A stretch of DNA of 64,000 nucleotides from Octopus vulgaris (taxonomy: Eukaryota), in the NCBI GenBank assembly GCA_951406725.2, contig OX597821.1:76322001-76386000 (forward strand). The letters are read 5' to 3'. Position numbers and translations under genes: made by a program. The number at the start of each line of letters is the position of its first letter. Within the stretch, counting starts at the first letter, position 1. Below, piece after piece: positions 28,786-41,689 of this stretch. The notes under the pieces are model-generated. The model was not told the origin of the DNA and did not search any database. It saw nothing but the letters and a program-made list of their open reading frames with translations.

Positions 28786-29544
28786 TAAAGGATAGCATTG
28801 TAGTTGCGGGTGGGTCCCCTTAGTCTCTTGGCAACCAATATTTCTAGACCCAGTGCGCCACTGGCCATGTGTAATTAATTCAAGAAGTGAATCAAAAACT
28901 GATAAAGAAAAACAGTATCGAAAAACCTCATTGTTTCACTTCGTTTTCAGATCAACCAATAAAACAAGGCATACGTATAGCAAACTCTGCGTGAGTTTAT
29001 GCATTTTATTTTTAGTGCTTTATGTCTTACCTTTTTGATTTTTATCTCTTTCTTGCTTCAGTCGTTAGACTGCGGCCATGGTGGGGCACCGCCTTGAAAA
29101 AAATTTAGTCGAACGAATTCACCACAGTACCTTATTTTTAAGCCTGATACTTATACTATCGGCTTCTTTACCAAACTGCAAAGTTTGGCGGATGTAAACA
29201 AACCAACAACGGTTGTCAGGCTGTGGTGGGGGTGCACGCATAGAGAAAAAGATACACACACACACATCCACTTACGCGCGCGCACACAAACACACACACA
29301 TATGTGTCGGGCTTCTTTCAGTTTCTGTCTACTAAATCCATTCACATGCTTTGGGTCGGCTCGAGGCTATAGAAGAAGGCGATTGGCCAAGGTGCCACGC
29401 AGTGGGACTGAACGTGGAGCCATATGGTTGGGAAGCAAACTTCTTACCACACAGCTACGCTGTTTATTTATTTATTTACTTTTTACTTTTTCACAATGTT
29501 ATATTATTTGCATATTTTTTTTAATATTTTTTTCATTAGATATA

Positions 29545-29980
29545 CAGGTGGGGGTGGACAAAATAATGGAAACACCTAGCATCATAGCATCATAGTTTTG
29601 AAGTACCTACAAAACCGTCAAAAGCTTGTTTATTTTTGTGTTTTTTGATTTATTATTAGTGTTGCTCAATATGTCAAACTAAAATTGCTGTTTCTTTTCA
29701 GATATCATCAGAAAAAGGTAATTAAAATTCATTACATTGACAGATCTATCGGACTTTCAAAGATGTCAAATTGTTGGTGCTAGTGCAGGAGGCGCTAGCG
29801 TAACGAAAATAGCCGAAATTTTTGGTATATCAAAAAGTACTGTCTCGAAAGTAATGACAGCCTTTGAGAAAGTGACCAAAACCTCCTCGTCGAAAGAAAA
29901 CTCCAATGGCGGTCCTACTCCATATTAAAATAAATTTGTTTGAAATTTTTAGGTGTTTCCATTATTTTGTCCAACCCTTG
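29545..29980 (+). mobile_element. Internally deleted Tc1-like element
   Basis: TA-flanked TIRs TGGACAAAATAATGGAAACACCT / AGGTGTTTCCATTATTTTGTCCA; ORF 29737-29928 is a transposase HTH (DLSDFQR.QIVG..IAEIFGISKSTVSKV). Confidence 0.85.
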
Positions 29981-30622
29981 TATCTGTATAGTTTGAATCT
30001 ATACAGTCCCTAGTAAGTAGATATATACATATTATTTAACATATTTGGGTGTATTTGTGCACACGTGCGATATATTTCACATATATCGCTTAAAGACAGT
30101 TGTCATATTTCTCATCAATGATCTTAAGAAAAGATGCGTTCTAGTTTATCCAAGCGCCACACTCGAAATCCCAGTTAATTTGTAGATTGTTTGACTTGCT
30201 TTGATGATAACAGAATTGTTTGTTACTAGACATTTACTGCCCACCATAAACTCAGTCATAAGTTCCAATATATAAACTGAATAGACATTTGCCTATTTCC
30301 CTTCTAATATACGCATGACTTTGGAGTTGTACTATTTGAATGGTCGCGAAGTTTAATATTTCCATTCCACTTCGAAAATTCCTTCATTCTGTTTCTTTAA
30401 AAATACTTCTACTCTCCTCTGCAAGATTGTTCGTAAATCGTCAAAGACGGCAGGATATGACCTGAGGAAATGGGATGGTATCACAGCAACGTGGATTTAT
30501 ATAAGGTTCTTTAATAGGTTGTGTAATGTAGTTGGTGAGAAACTTTATTATTGAAATGCGGGTACTGATGTTCGAAATTATCCATTTGTTTATATGCATA
30601 CATTTATATCTGTATCTGAATT

Positions 30623-30686
<64 letters not shown>

Positions 30687-30769
30687 CAGTGCTGCCGTGT
30701 GTGCAACATCGTTTACACAGTGTTGAGAATATACCACCTGTATTGTCCTTAACATCAGATTTAGAATTC

Positions 30770-31070
30770 ATGCGAGGCTGGGGCCACATGCCATACGCTC
30801 AGTACATAATTCATGATAAGAGCACATAAATTCACTGCAAGACAGTTTCCTTTCCTCAACAGGCCCTGCCCTATTTAACATTATTGCAAATCAAATCAAA
30901 GAAAAAGGGCTCATCGCCTTCAAACGAAACCTGGACAAATTCCTTCAAGGGACACCAATTAAGCTACCTTTACCTGGATACACCTCAGTCAACAATAACT
31001 TCTTACTTAAATATGCCTTAGCAGAACCTATCAGGCGGTCTTGTTAAGTTAGCCATGGCCTGAGCCAATC
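30770..31070 (+). mobile_element. CR1-like LINE 3' fragment
   Basis: SLQDSFLSSTGPALFNII..FKRNLDKFLQ is typical of a CR1-group ORF2 C-terminus. Confidence 0.6.
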
Positions 31071-31189
31071 TCTGACTATAATATATCCAAGTTATCAAGT
31101 TATCTAGGTTATGCGTGTGCGCGCGTGTCTGTGTGTCTCTGTGTGAGTATATATGTATGTATGTGTGTGTGTACATATATATATAAGTG

Positions 31190-31222
<33 letters not shown>

Positions 31223-31235
31223 ATATATATGTATG

Positions 31236-31275
<40 letters not shown>

Positions 31276-31464
31276 CATACACACACACACTCAATAAAAG
31301 AATTTTAGCCAGTATAATTTGACTCATTGCAAAAGGAATATTTTGCGTATACCATCCGACATAGCAACACAAACTTGTATGTATATGTGTAAACACACAC
31401 ACACACACATATATATACATATGTGCTTGTATATGTGCATATATACATATGTGTGTGTATGTAT

Positions 31465-32607
31465 GTGGGAACGCGAATGGGCCCCAACTATGCGAACCTG
31501 TTCGTTGGCTATGTTGAGGCCCAAATATTCTCTAATTTCACTGGTCCCACTCCCGAACTATATGGTCGTTACATCGACGACATTATCGGTGCCACCTCAC
31601 TCTCCCGCGAACATCTAGATTCCTTCCTCTCTTTCGTCCAATCTTTCCATCCAGCCCTCCACTTCACTTCCACTATCTCCAACACCTCTGTCTCCTTCCT
31701 CGACATTTCGGTTAGCATTCTTCACTCCACTCTTACCACCTCCATTCACTACAAACACACAGACTCACACTCATACCTCAACTTCTCTTCCTCCCACCCA
31801 GAACACACCAAGCTTTCCATCCCCTATTCCCAATTCCTCTGTCTACGTAGGCTCTGTAGTGACGACCATGACTTTGAGACTCAGTCTCAACGTATGGCTC
31901 ACCACTTCACCCTACGTGGATACCCCCTCACCACTATCCACACCGCCCTTGCCAGAGCACGGTCCGTGGACCGTGTATCTGCTCTCTCTCCCCGAACCCG
32001 CCCTGTAGTCTCCCGCCTCCCTTTTCCCCTCACTTACCACCCCACGACCCTACGTTTCCAACGCACCATTCTTCGAGCTTTCCGTCATCTCCAGTCCGAT
32101 CCGTCCACTTCACACCTCTTCCCTAACCGACCCCTCCCCTCTTTCAAACGAGCCCACAACCTTCGAGACCTTTTGGTCCATAGCTCCTTCCCTGACCTTA
32201 CCTCCCAACCCGGCTCGTTCCCCTGCTCCCGCCCACGTTGCCGCACTTGCCCTTACCTCTCCAACACCACCCGCCTCACTAGCATCCACCATCGACCCTA
32301 TCCCATCATCCACTCCTTCACCTGCACCTCCAGCAATATTATCTATTGCATCTCTTGCTCTCTCTGCAATTCCTTGTACATCGGACAAACGGGACGCCGC
32401 TTGGCTGACCGGTTCGCGGAACACCTTCGTGACATCCACCTTGCGAACGACACACCGGTCTCACGCCATTTCCGCTCCACCGGTCACTCCTTGCAACACC
32501 TATCTGTGTTCGGTTTGTCCTTACACAGAGGCCATCCGGATTCCCGTTTGCGCCGTGAACAGGAATTAATCTTCCCTCTTCGCTCTTATACGCCATTTGG
32601 TCTCAAC
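31465..32607 (+). CDS. PLE RT/GIY-YIG coding remnant (true homologous part of ORF 31423-32952)
   Basis: Uninterrupted frame from GTRMG to PFGLN; the flanking parts of the track ORF are microsatellite or C/T-tract translation. Confidence 0.8.
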
Positions 32608-33466
32608 TCTCCCCCCCTCCTCATCGAACCCCCTCTCCCCCTCCTCACCTATCCTTTCCCCCCGACCCCTATTTCTTCAGTTCTTCATCCTTTCACCCCT
32701 ACTCCCCTTCCCTTCTTCCCTCTTTCTCCCTCTCTCCTTCCCTCTTCCCCTTCCCTCTGCTCCCTCACTCCCCCTCTCCCTCTTTCCTCCTTCCTCCCCC
32801 TCCTCCCCTTCCTTCTCCCCCTCCTCTCTCTCCCCCATCCCCTCCTCTTCCCCCCTCTCCTCCCCCTCTCCTCTTCCCCCCTCTCCTCCCCCTCTCCTCC
32901 CCCCTCTTCTCCTAACTACACCACACGACTTCACACATCACATCATATATGATGTGCCATACTAATACATACACCAACTAATACATACTAATACGTACTA
33001 ATACATACTAATACATACTAATACATACACCAACCCTATACATACACACGTCCAGACCCCTCATATGCACTTATACTCTCTCATACACACACACACACTT
33101 ATACATACTAATACGCACTAATACATACTAATACATACTAATACATACACCAACCCCATACATACGCACGTCCACACCAATCCTACGCACTAATACTCTC
33201 TCATACACACACACACACACACACACACCCTTATACATACTAATACATACACCAACCCTATACATACACACGTCCAGACCCCTCCTACGCACTATTAGCT
33301 GGTCCTTCAACCATATTATCAACCCTATTATCTCCCCTTATTTCGCTCTCGCGTCTCATGTTTGATCTTTGACCTCTGGCCGAAATCAGATTGCCATGTT
33401 GATTCGTTAGCTACTGCACGCATTTTTTTCTCTCCTTCTTTCTGTGTTTTTTTTTCTCTCTGTGTA

Positions 33467-33504
33467 TCTTTCTGTTGAAGAGCGTAGGCTCGAAACGTTA
33501 AAGA
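33467..33504 (+). ncRNA. Variant minimal hammerhead in PLE terminal repeat
   Basis: TCTTT-CTGTTGA-A-GAGC(GTAG)GCTC-GAAAC-GTT-AAAGA; stems I and II pair perfectly. Confidence 0.6.
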
Positions 33505-33664
33505 CTTGTTTTATTTATATTTCCTGAGCGCCATACTAATACAATTGTTCGTTTGTTTTCCACCTGCCTTCGTCTTTTGTCTATTTTCATAAAGCTTCCC
33601 GTTATATATATATATACGTACATACACAATGTATATATATATGTGTGGGTGTGTGTGTGTGTTT

Positions 33665-33830
33665 ATAGTGAGAATTTATAAAAAAAGCAAAAAACGAAGA
33701 CGGGTATATAAACAACAAATAGATGCATTAGTTTAACGCTAGGGAAGTGAGAAAGTCTTTTACGTTTCGAGCCTACACTCTTCAACAGAAAGGAACATGA
33801 GAAAATAAACAGAGAGAGAAAATACAAAGG
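33665..33830 (-). mobile_element. Inverted PLE terminal repeat with variant HHR (33757-33792)
   Basis: Minus strand CTTT-CTGTTGA-A-GAGT(GTAG)GCTC-GAAAC-GTA-AAAG; tail-to-tail with 33410-33605. Confidence 0.7.
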
Positions 33831-33886
33831 TTTTAGTAGGCTAGCGATCAATCATGGGGATGTGTATATATATATATATATATATA

Positions 33887-33930
<44 letters not shown>

Positions 33931-34021
33931 GTATATATATATATATAAACACATATATATATATGTATGTATATATGTATATATATATGTATATATATTT
34001 CTGTAGATATATATATATGTG

Positions 34022-34061
<40 letters not shown>

Positions 34062-34085
34062 CATACACAATATATATATATATAA

Positions 34086-34131
<46 letters not shown>

Positions 34132-34512
34132 TCTTTTATTTGAAGAATTTCTAGTCAAATAAATCAACCCGGATAGTTATTTTGTTAAACCTGGTACTGT
34201 ACTTATTCTATCGGTGCTTTTGCCGAACCGCTAAGTTGCGGGACCTTAAACACATCTACATAGCTGTCGAGCGGTAGTGGGGGGGACGAACATAGAAACA
34301 AAGACACACACATACACACCAACACACACACACATACGACAAGCTTCTTTCAGTTTCCGTCTACCAAATTCATTCACAAGGCTTTGGTGTTTTCAAGTCT
34401 ATAGTTGCTGAAGATGCCACGCAGTGGGACTGAACCTGGAACCATGTAGTTGGAAAATAAGCTTCTTATCACTCAGCCACGTCTGCATACTCACAGACAT
34501 ATGTAAATACGC

Positions 34513-34543
<31 letters not shown>

Positions 34544-36352
34544 TGTATGTATGTATGTATTTATGTATGTATGTATGTATGTGTGTATGTATGTATGTAT
34601 GTATGTATGTATGTATGTATGTATGTATTTATGTATGTATGTATGTATGTGTGTATGTATGTATGTATGTATGTATGTATGTATGTATGTATGTATGTAT
34701 GTATGTATTTATTTATGGATGTCTATGTGTGCATGTATGTATGTATGTATGTATATATGCATAAGTCACCTGTCTGCTATACAGTGTACCTCGCTTTATG
34801 CGATCCTATAAATCGAACGAGAACATTTGAAAAGCAGCATTATGATTCACCACTTTCGTAGAAATGTGTGTGAGAGAGAGAGAGGAGAAAGGAAGGAAGG
34901 AAGGAAGAAAGAAAGAAGGAAGGAAAGAAAGAAAGAAAGAAAGAAGCAAAGAAACAAAGAAACAAAGTAAGAAGGAAGTGTGTTAGAATACCTTAAACAC
35001 CGTTGTTTTACTCTTTAGTCTTTTGTCGCGATTGACGCTGGTACAGGTAAGCTCTCTCTCTCTCTCTCAACATAAAGCAAAGTCAACGACGCCATTTGTA
35101 TTCTCATTTGCATTCTTTTTTATTTACTCTTTTGGAAAGGCATGAATATAACAACCTCCCACTTGTGTTTCCTTTAAATTAAATTCGCAGCTATTCGTGT
35201 CGAGCCCCGCCCCTCTATACACAGACTAAAATAAATTTCTATAAACAACAAAGAAACAATATATTTCTTCAGCTGCAGCAGCAGTCTGAAACGTAGAGAA
35301 TCGGGTTAAATTATAATTTTTAATTAGTTTTTATTTATTCCTTTCTTTATTTTGATTTTTCGATAAAATTGTTTTGATCTTTCGTGCTATTATTGAGTCC
35401 AAGTGTAATAATAGTATAATTCTGATGGAATATCACTATAAGATGTTGTTGATCTTGTTATTGTTGACCGTGATTCAACAATCATTTATTGCTTTTGCTT
35501 ACCATATGTGTTTGTTTGTTTTGTTTTTTGTTTTTTAAATCTATAAAATCTGTTCTCCTTAGAAAAATAATTATTCAAGAAAAAAAAACTGTTTAAGAAA
35601 TTTCATTTATTGCAAGTGACGAATTATTTTTATATGATCATCAAAAAAATCTTTGTTAGATAATAACCAATAACTTGCCTCCTGTACATGTGTGGTCTCC
35701 AGCGACGTTATTGTGTTGTCTGTATCCGAGAAAAGAAGAGAAAATATACCGTTTTATGTTGACACTAGAACGTCGAATAAATAAGTAAGGAAAAGGGAAT
35801 ATTTAATTATTATTAAGAAAAAAATAGTTTGGTTAATTAAAAAAAAAAACTCCTTAAATTCTTGATAATTCTGCGAGTGAATAAACATCAAAGTAAAGTA
35901 AATTCTTTGATGGACTTTATGGCTTAATTAATGAAAGTACCGACGGCTGCTATCAAGTATTATCTTCTGATGAAAACAACACAATCCTAAGAAAGAGCGT
36001 TGCCATAGTTGAGCCGTGATGGGGAAGAATTTCAATGAAGCGAGACACATGTCAGGAACAAGTTAATGTATAAACCATCCTGTGCCACATGAAAATCTTT
36101 TCAAATGTCTTCGAGGAAATTGTTTTCTTTTTTATTATTTTTAATTTATTCAATATGGTCAACAACGATCGTTCACTATTAGCCTCGGTAATAAGTGAAA
36201 ATTTTATTTGTCTTTAAAAGAGTTGTGAAGTGAATTAAGGGCTCGTTTGAGAAGATTTTTAAACTGCACTTTCTTTTGTGTGTGAAAGTATGTGCTTCCT
36301 ACATTGCCATCTCGACCAGTTAGATATAATCAATAACTGAACATATTCTTTC

Positions 36353-36395
<43 letters not shown>

Positions 36396-37211
36396 TAGAG
36401 GGGAGTAATCAACCAGGAGAAAAGAAAATTAGCATTTTTGCTTACCTCAGATGAGAACCATTCTAATTTTAATTTAGGAAAAGTCTATTGATTAATGAAA
36501 TTGGGGACGTCGCTGAATGGTGTTCTTAGATCAAGCTGTATAATGCGATCGCCATTTCAAAATACCCCAGTGTATTACTGCTATGTATTCCATCGATTCC
36601 TGTTCAATGTTTTGTTGTTTTTTTTTTTGCTATCAACTAAGTCGGTATTACAGTTATTAATTGAACAGATGCAGCCTTTCCTCTTTTATGTTTAACTTGT
36701 TTGTGAGTCATTAGAGTGGAGGCGCGTGGCTTAGTGGTTAGGGTGTCAGCATCATGATCGTAAGATTTTGGTTTCGCTTCCTGGACCGGGCGACGCGTTG
36801 TGTTCTTTAGCAAAGCACTTCATTTCACGTTGCTCCAGTCCACTCAGCTGGCAAAAATGAGTAACGCTGCGATGGACTAGCATCCCATTCAGCTGGGGAA
36901 CACATACGCGATAGAAACCGGGAAACCGGGCCCATGAGCCTAGCTAGGCTTTAAAAGGACGCATTTATTATTTTTTTATTTTATGAATCATTAGACTGCG
37001 GCCGTGCTGTGGCACAGCCTTGATGGATTTTTAGTCGAATGAATCGACACCAGCACTTTCTTTTTTTTATTTCTAAAACCTGGTTTTCATTCTATCGATC
37101 TATTTTGCTGAAAAGCTAAGTTACTGGGACGTAAACACACCAACACCGGTTGCCAAGTGGTGATGGTGGTGGTGGGTAAACAGAGATACAAGCGTACACA
37201 CACATACACAC

Positions 37212-37255
<44 letters not shown>

Positions 37256-37677
37256 ATATATATATATATATAAACATACATATATATACATATATATACA
37301 TATACGACGGGCTTCTTTCAGTTTCCATCTCCCAAAGGTTTTGGTCAGCCCGAGGCTATAGTAGAAGATACTTGCTCAAGATGCCACGCAGTGGTTGCTG
37401 AAGAGCTCCTGGTTTTGAGTAAAAGAAAATGCAGAAGGATCAGTTAATTATGATTTTACTCAACATTTTCCTGTATCGGATTCATACACTCATTGCAGCT
37501 GTCCCCCAGTTTTTCTAAGTCCTATAAAAGAAGTCGGACGGTTGACTCTCTAACCAGGCCTTTCGCAAAACCCTTGAAGCTAGGAATTTTTCGTATATGT
37601 GTATGCATGTATGCGTATGTGTATATATATAATACATTTCTAAATCTCTCAGATGAGATTTATGCAGTAGTGATACG

Positions 37678-37794
37678 ATAAAGTAGTTATATACTGTCAA
37701 CTTGATGTGACAGTCCCATGAAGAGAATAATAGCAGTAGTATTATTCCCTTCATGAGACTGTCACATCAAGTTGACAGTATACAACTACTTTAT
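37678..37794. repeat. 55-bp near-perfect inverted repeat, 7-nt loop
   Basis: ATAAAGTAGTT..GAATAATA / TATTATTC..AACTACTTTAT with 3 mismatches. Confidence 0.9.
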
Positions 37795-40064
37795 ATATAT
37801 ATATTTATGTGTGTATGTTTGTGTGTGTGTAAACATGTATGTACGTATGTATCTCTGAAATAAATATTCCAAACTTTTTGTCACAAGGGTAAAGAAATTG
37901 CAGCTTGGGAATTAAGTCGATTACATCGACCCCAGTGTGTAACTGGTAATTAATTTATCGACCCTAAAAGGGATGAAAGGCAAAGTCGACCTCGGTGGAA
38001 TTTGAACTCAGATCATAAAGACAGACGAAACACATATTTCTTTACTACCCACAAGGGGCTAAACACAGAGAGAACAAACAAGGACAGGCAAATGGATTAA
38101 GTTCATTATATTGACACCAGTGCGTAACTAGTACTTAATTTATCGACCCCGAAAGGATGAAAGGCAAAGTCGACCTCGGCGGAATTTGAACTCAGAACGC
38201 AACGGCGGACGAAATACCACAAAGCATTTCGCCCGGCGTGCTAACGTTTCTGCCAGCTCACCGCCTTTGCTTGCTCTAAAATATTAAAGTCAATTTAACA
38301 TTAAAAGTTATGGATGTAATTTTGCTAAACCCCGAAAAACCCTTGATTAGATATTCCATCGAAAGCTGATCACTCTTAGAACAACGAATCTCCGAAAAGG
38401 ATAAAACGTAGATCAACATTATTAAGAAATCAGTTCCATTTTTTCTTTTTTCTTATTTTTATTTTTTTGCCTCTTGTAAATACTTCAGTTTCACCTTTCA
38501 ATCCAAATATAGGGAGAGGTGGCACGATGAGTAATGATTATTGCATTTTTCTCTTTGAGATAAAAGAGTTTTTTGGGGGTTTTTTACAACTGTTCCCTAC
38601 CTTAGAAAAACTAAATCAGCTAAGCAAATGATCTTCTCTAAATGCAATAAAAACACTATAACATATTCAGAAAAGTATTTCAGAAGATTATCTCCGTTCT
38701 CTTTGAGCACACAGAAAACAAAACCATTCACTTTGAGTATACAGAAGAGAAAGTTAAGCAAAATGGGTCGGACAAAATACGATAAATATGCCTCTTCAAT
38801 ATTCCAGGATTACATTCGAAAAACATTCATACACGTCAGTATCCGGCCTTAGACATCAGAAAGATCAGAAATGCATCAGAAATTTGAAATATCTCGGACA
38901 AATGAAAGAGGATCATGGGAAAACGATACATGGTATGAAATTAACGAAACTTAACTAAAGCCAAAAACTGCGTAAAATATTCTCCAAAGCTTCTTTCCGA
39001 TCTGCTGGAGTTGCTCTCTTCCTTTAAACATACAGTTAATGAGAATTGGGTTATTAAAGTTAGTCATTACTCATTTTGCCCCATTTTACACATCATTTTT
39101 TGAAAATTAGGAAAATAGACATTAGTGCGGGGGAAAAAATTGATTTGAAATCCAAGAAAGAAAAATATTTATTTTGATTGTTAAACAGAAAAAAATTATT
39201 CAGATATTTCATTAGCAACCTCAGATACAATCAGGTGAAAGTTTGAGGAGAAAATGTCTTGGAAAAAGATTACCTGTTTCCAATTCTCTCAGCTTCAAAA
39301 ACAACAACAAACACGCTGGCCAATTGTTACTGCCAACGATGACACAACAGTAAAAAATGATAATGTAATGCTCGCAAGGATTTCAAATAAATAGGGAAAA
39401 AATGACAAGAAATCAGAAATTACTCATTTTACCCCACTTACATATTTTGCTCTCTCTTCCTTCCTCCTATTTTAATTCTTTAGTTGCGTTTTAGCATATC
39501 GCCCTGGTGGCAAAAAAAAAAATCGTGAAAATGCTATTCTTTAGCCAAAAGTGGGTGAAGTTCGAGCAAACCTATGTCCAAAAGACGTTCCATACGTGAC
39601 CATACCACATTTCTTCTCACAACCAACCGCTGAATCCCTTTTAACGGTACAAGACTGGTTTTTAAGATTTTTGGCTGCTAGTTTCAGCAGAAAGAATCAT
39701 TGCATTGAAGTTTCTTCCTTTGTTATATGTTTTATTTTACCATTTTGATATTTGTGTTTTCTTTGTTGTTTTTCTTACTTCATCTTTATTTTCTTTCGTT
39801 TTCCTTCCTTTCTTTCATTATCTGATAATGTAACATTTGACAACAGTCGCTCGTCGCTTCTGTTCTTTTATGAGAATCGCAGCTTGTTAACATAGATTTC
39901 ACATAGACATCGGCTCATCGGCACCAATGATTATTGGGCTGAATCTCAATGTATAATCAGAGAACAATAATTGTAGGTTTTTACCTCCGATTGTTAAACA
40001 TTCTCCGCCTTTCCCAGCCGCACCGTGCGTACGCGAGCGTATCTATCTATAATATTATACATCA

Positions 40065-41345
40065 GTATGTATGTATGTATGTATGCATGCATGCATGCAC
40101 GTATGTATGTATGTATGTATGTATGTATGTATGTATGTATGTATGTATGTATGTATGCATGTATGCATGTATGTATATGTGCATGTATGTACATATGTAT
40201 GTATGCACGTATGTATGTATGCATGTATGTATATGTGCATGTATGTATGCACGTATATATGTATGTGTGCATGCATGCACGTATGTATGTATGTAAGTAT
40301 GTATGTATGTATGTATGTATGTATGCATGCACGTATGTATGTATGTATGCATGCACGTGTGTATGTTTGTATGTATCTATGTATGTATGTATGTATGTAT
40401 GTATGTATGTATGCACATATGTGTTTGTATGTATGTATGTATGTACATATGTATGTATGTAAGGTATATCTGTATTGTACTTGTATGCATGTGAATATAT
40501 ACACATACGCACATATATATATCCATTCATTCATATATACATACATACATATATATATATACATATATACATACACACACACATGCGAATGTATCTCTGT
40601 GTTTATGATTGTGTATATATGAATGCATAAATGAGAAATATAAAACACATAGGGATTCGATCGCACTGGTATACAGTATACACACACACACTCACATGTA
40701 TATTTACATATATATACATATTCATATAAATACATACATATATATATATATATGTGTATACACACATACACACACACATTCACATGTATATTTACATATG
40801 TATACACATATATTCAATATATATACATAGTCATATAAATACATATATGTGTGTGTGTGTGTATACATTATTATCCATACGCATATATACATATATATAT
40901 ATATACATAGCTATATATATCTATATTTATATATGTATGTATATATATATATTGTTATATTTCGGAATGGTCATATTGCCAGTTTAGCCAATAAAAAATC
41001 TTGCACAACAAATATTTAAACGTATATATATATATATATGTATGTATGTATAAACGTATCTATATAAATAAAGGTATACTTATATATATATACGTAAATA
41101 TATATATGCATAATTATATATATGAATACATATATATATATATATATATAAACATACATACATATATACACATACACATACATACATACATACTTACTTA
41201 CATACATACATACACACATACATACATGCATACATACATAAGTGCATGCATACATACATACATACATACATACATACATACATACATACATACATACATA
41301 CATGCATACATACATACATACAAACATACATACATACATACATGA
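40065..41345. repeat. (TATG)n/(CATA)n microsatellite region
   Basis: Direct reading; also 34515-34755 and 47115-47545. Confidence 0.95.
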
Positions 41346-41689
41346 ACATGTACACATTCATTTCCATGCACACGCAAACATACCAACCAATCGGCATACA
41401 TATATATGCACATGTAATTACATACATGTATATGCATAAATAGATATGTACATGTGCTTATGTATGTGTTTGCATGTGTGCATGTGTGTGCGTGTGTGTG
41501 TGGGGGTGTAAACACACAAAACCTCAAGACCGTAAGCCAACTCTTTAACAGTTGCCGTCCGCAGAAGCAGTAAAGACCTTGAAAACTGGTTTATAAAAGG
41601 TTGACAAATTTGGATTATCCACAGCTTCAAAGCTCGGGGTTTTGTGACCCTTGTCAGTAGTTAATTGTTTAAAGTTCGCTTTTTTTTCT

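Larger units (their letters stand above)
31465..33605 (+). mobile_element. 5'-truncated Penelope-like element, Neptune type (RT C-half, Zn-finger linker, GIY-YIG, pyrimidine tract, terminal repeat)
   Basis: GTRMGPNYANLF, RYIDDI, FLDI, KHTDSHSYL, CSRPRCRTC, NIIYCISCSLC..YIGQTGRRL..RF.EH, GLN; ends in an HHR-bearing terminal repeat followed by (TA)n. Confidence 0.88.

Noticed and set aside
32955-33290. Repeat-spacer pattern resembling CRISPR
   Set aside because: Tandem minisatellite with duplicated spacers in a eukaryotic retroelement; no cas genes.
39060-39445. TTACTCATTTT(G/A)CCCCA direct repeat, possibly transposon ends
   Set aside because: Same orientation, no TSD or coding evidence; cannot be classified.
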